From Wigglesworthia glossinidia endosymbiont of Glossina brevipalpis (GTDB lineage Bacteria > Pseudomonadota > Gammaproteobacteria > Enterobacterales > Enterobacteriaceae): a stretch of 32,000 nucleotides of DNA. A program made the translations under genes and the position numbers. The DNA lies in assembly GCA_000008885.1 (NCBI GenBank), contig BA000021.3:210001-242000 (forward strand), read 5' to 3'. The notes beneath the pieces are model-generated. The model was not told where the DNA came from, searched no databases, and was given only the letters and a program-made list of their open reading frames with translations. Of the stretch, positions 30,096-32,000 are shown piece by piece (position 1 is the first letter of the stretch; each line of letters starts with the position of its first letter).

Positions 30096-30824
30096 TTATT
30101 TATATTTAATTGCTACTCCTGAATTGTATCTTAGATCTATATATTTAATATTTTTTTTTTCATTAAAAGATTTTTTTATTAATTCTGGATATATTTTGAT
30201 AAATATATTTAATTTTTTTATTTTATCATAACGACCTAATTTTAATTTTAAATTATTATTTAATGTTATTTCCCAAGAAAATATATTATTAATATTAACT
30301 GTTTTTAATTCTATATTATTATTATTTAGTATATTTTTTATAATTAGCAATGTTTCTATAATTATTTTTTTATTTTTATTTTTAAAATATATCTTTGGAA
30401 GATTAATATTTTTTTTTTTAATAAATGGAATATTAAAAATTGTTCCATTATAATCAATTAATTGAAAATCATTCCAAATTCCTATCGGAACATATTCCGA
30501 TAAATTTAACACTAAACAATTAGGCCATTTCTTTTCTATAATATAATTTTTAATCCATGACATTTTTTCGATTTGAATCTTGATAAATTCAATATCTTTC
30601 TTTACAAAATTTTTAGATAATTTTAAATTTAAAAAAATTTGACGAATATCTTCTTGTGGAGTAAAATTCATGTTTCCTTTTATGATTATATGAGAAATAG
30701 GGAATAGAGATAATATATTTGAAATATTTAAAATTTTTAAAATAAACCAAAATATGCTAGATAAAGATGAAAAAAATAAAATAATTTCTAATATTTTTTT
30801 ATAATTTTTTATTATATATTTCAT
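30096..30824 (-). CDS. ftsQ: Cell division protein FtsQ (divergent, POTRA domain)
   Basis: 242-aa ORF with an N-terminal transmembrane helix. ISHIIIKGNMNFTPQEDIRQ, WIKNYIIEKKWPNCLVLNLSEYVPIGIWND, WEITLNN.LKLKLGR and IKYIDLRYNSGVAIKY match E. coli FtsQ landmarks ([44 protein letters not shown]). Its position upstream of ftsA supports the call. Confidence 0.85.
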   Translation of the reverse strand: MKYIIKNYKKILEIILFFSSLSSIFWFILKILNISNILSLFPISHIIIKGNMNFTPQEDIRQIFLNLKLSKNFVKKDIEFIKIQIEKMSWIKNYIIEKKWPNCLVLNLSEYVPIGIWNDFQLIDYNGTIFNIPFIKKKNINLPKIYFKNKNKKIIIETLLIIKNILNNNNIELKTVNINNIFSWEITLNNNLKLKLGRYDKIKKLNIFIKIYPELIKKSFNEKKNIKYIDLRYNSGVAIKYK

Positions 30825-30844
30825 TTATGTTATTTATTAAAATA

Positions 30845-32000
30845 TTATAATAACAATTTACTTGTTAATTTTTTAAAAATGTTTTCTATCGTACCAGCTC
30901 CTTGTAATAATAAAATATCATTATTTTTTAATAACAACTCTAATTTTTTAAATAAAAATTTTTCATTAGGTATAAATATAACGTGAGATCTTTTTAAAGC
31001 CATTATTGATTGACAAAGATTTTTACTATTTATTTTATAAATAGGATTCTCTCCAGCAGAATATATTTCCATAATTAATAAAATATCTACAGTAGATAAT
31101 ACTTTTACGAAATAATTATACAAATATTTAGTTCTAGTATATTTATGAGGTTGAAATATCATAATCAATCTTCTTTTATTCCATATTTTTTTAACAGATT
31201 TAATTGTTAATTTCAACTCGGTTGGATGATGACCATAGTCATCTACTATTGTTATAGTACCTTTTTTATTGTTTAAATTAGACAAATCATATTTATTTAT
31301 GAAATCAAATCTTCTATTTATACCTGGAAATTTTTTTATAGAATTTAAAATTATATTATATTTTATTCCTTCTTTTATTGCAATAGTTATAGCTGCTGTT
31401 ATATTTAATGCGTTATGCTTTCCTAAAAGATTAGATACAAATTTTAAATATCTTTTTTGATGCTTAATATAAACAATAAAAATTATCTTTTTATTTGATT
31501 GAAAAAATTTTGTTATGCAAAAATCAGAATTTCTATTAAATCCATAAGTTACAATTTTTTTATTTATTAATGGAATTATTTTTTTAATTTCTATGTCATC
31601 TAGACATAATACAGAATATCCATAAAATGGTATATTATGCAAAAATTTAATAAAAGATTCTTTTAATTTTTTAAAATTTCCTTGATAAGATTCTAGATGA
31701 TCTTTTTCTATGTTTGTAACCACAGATATAATTGGTCTAAAAAATAAAAATGAATTATCACTTTCGTCTGCTTCAGAAATCCAGTATTTACTGTTTCCTA
31801 AATTTCCATAATCATCAGAATTATTTAATCTGCCTCCGTATAAATAAGTAGGAAATAATTTGGCTTCTTTGTAAATATAAGATATTATTGAAGTTGTAGT
31901 TGTTTTTCCATGTGTGCCAGACACTATAATTCCATATTTAAATCTCATAAGTTCTGAAAGAAATTCAGCTCTTTTTACTACAGGAATATTTAATTTTTTT
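30845..32000 (-). CDS. murC: UDP-N-acetylmuramate--L-alanine ligase, 5'-truncated by the window edge
   Basis: The ORF track begins at an internal Met (31948), but the frame stays open to the window edge. Translating 31949-31999 gives [17 protein letters not shown] before [20 protein letters not shown], matching E. coli MurC [32 protein letters not shown] at about residue 110. About 100 N-terminal codons therefore lie beyond position 32000. The Mur ligase ATP-binding motif and DDYGHHPTE are present. Confidence 0.93.
   Translation of the reverse strand, partial: [384 protein letters not shown]

Noticed and set aside
289-31460. Sixteen ORFs of 61-154 aa lie antisense to, and nested within, the large genes: 289-555, 1410-1736, 2744-2986, 5043-5306, 11106-11318, 17604-18068, 22099-22356, 22894-23172, 24170-24529, 24432-24629, 24778-24969, 25187-25375, 26201-26392, 27212-27442, 29088-29279 and 31269-31460.
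   Set aside because: Each lies wholly or mostly inside a well-supported conserved gene on the opposite strand. Their products are low-complexity F/I/L/K/N-rich strings with no recognisable motifs. Such shadow ORFs are expected opposite genes that are rich in AAA, AAT and ATT codons.
1-32000. A search for CRISPR arrays, IS elements or transposases, integrases, prophage genes, toxin-antitoxin pairs, restriction-modification or other defence genes, tRNA, rRNA or other structured RNA genes, and long direct repeats.
   Set aside because: Every ORF above about 200 aa is accounted for by a conserved housekeeping gene. All non-coding intervals are short, except 11755-12554, and are almost pure A/T, without the G/C-containing stems expected of structured RNAs or the spaced repeats of a CRISPR array. 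I therefore do not claim any novel multi-gene system in this window.

Overview
The window is extremely AT-rich. By hand count, spacer line 12361-12420 has 1 G/C in 60 nt, while ftsZ line 28381-28440 has 33 in 60. It is densely packed with intact housekeeping genes whose products align, from memory, almost end to end with Escherichia coli proteins. This is the signature of a reduced-genome gammaproteobacterial obligate insect endosymbiont. Extreme AT content together with intact lpxC and an intact flagellar sigma factor fliA fits a Wigglesworthia glossinidia-type tsetse symbiont better than Buchnera or Blochmannia, but I cannot verify that without a database search.

I call 27 protein-coding genes in five alternating strand blocks:
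- rlmB-purA-pta-ackA-phrB (minus)
- miaA-hfq-hflK-hflC (plus)
- an MFS transporter, a 4-gene polar amino-acid ABC transporter and coaE (minus)
- lepA-lepB-rnc-pdxJ-acpS-fliA (plus)
- secA-lpxC-ftsZ-ftsA-ftsQ-murC (minus; murC runs off the 3' edge)

I found no tRNA, rRNA or other structured RNA genes, no CRISPR array, no transposase, integrase or phage genes, and no defence-island-like content. This is core genome, not an accessory region, and I see no convincing evidence for a novel multi-gene system.

What deserves a second look:
- Clean excision of genes from otherwise conserved enterobacterial operons: hflX, era-recO, ddlB, secM and nsrR-rnr.
- An orphan but well-conserved fliA embedded among housekeeping genes.
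- A SecA that lacks the C-terminal zinc-finger tail.
- An 800-bp nearly pure A/T spacer between convergent genes at a rearrangement breakpoint.
- A cluster of transporter genes.
- Retention of a photolyase.
- Many poly(A) tracts of 10 nt or more inside intact ORFs.
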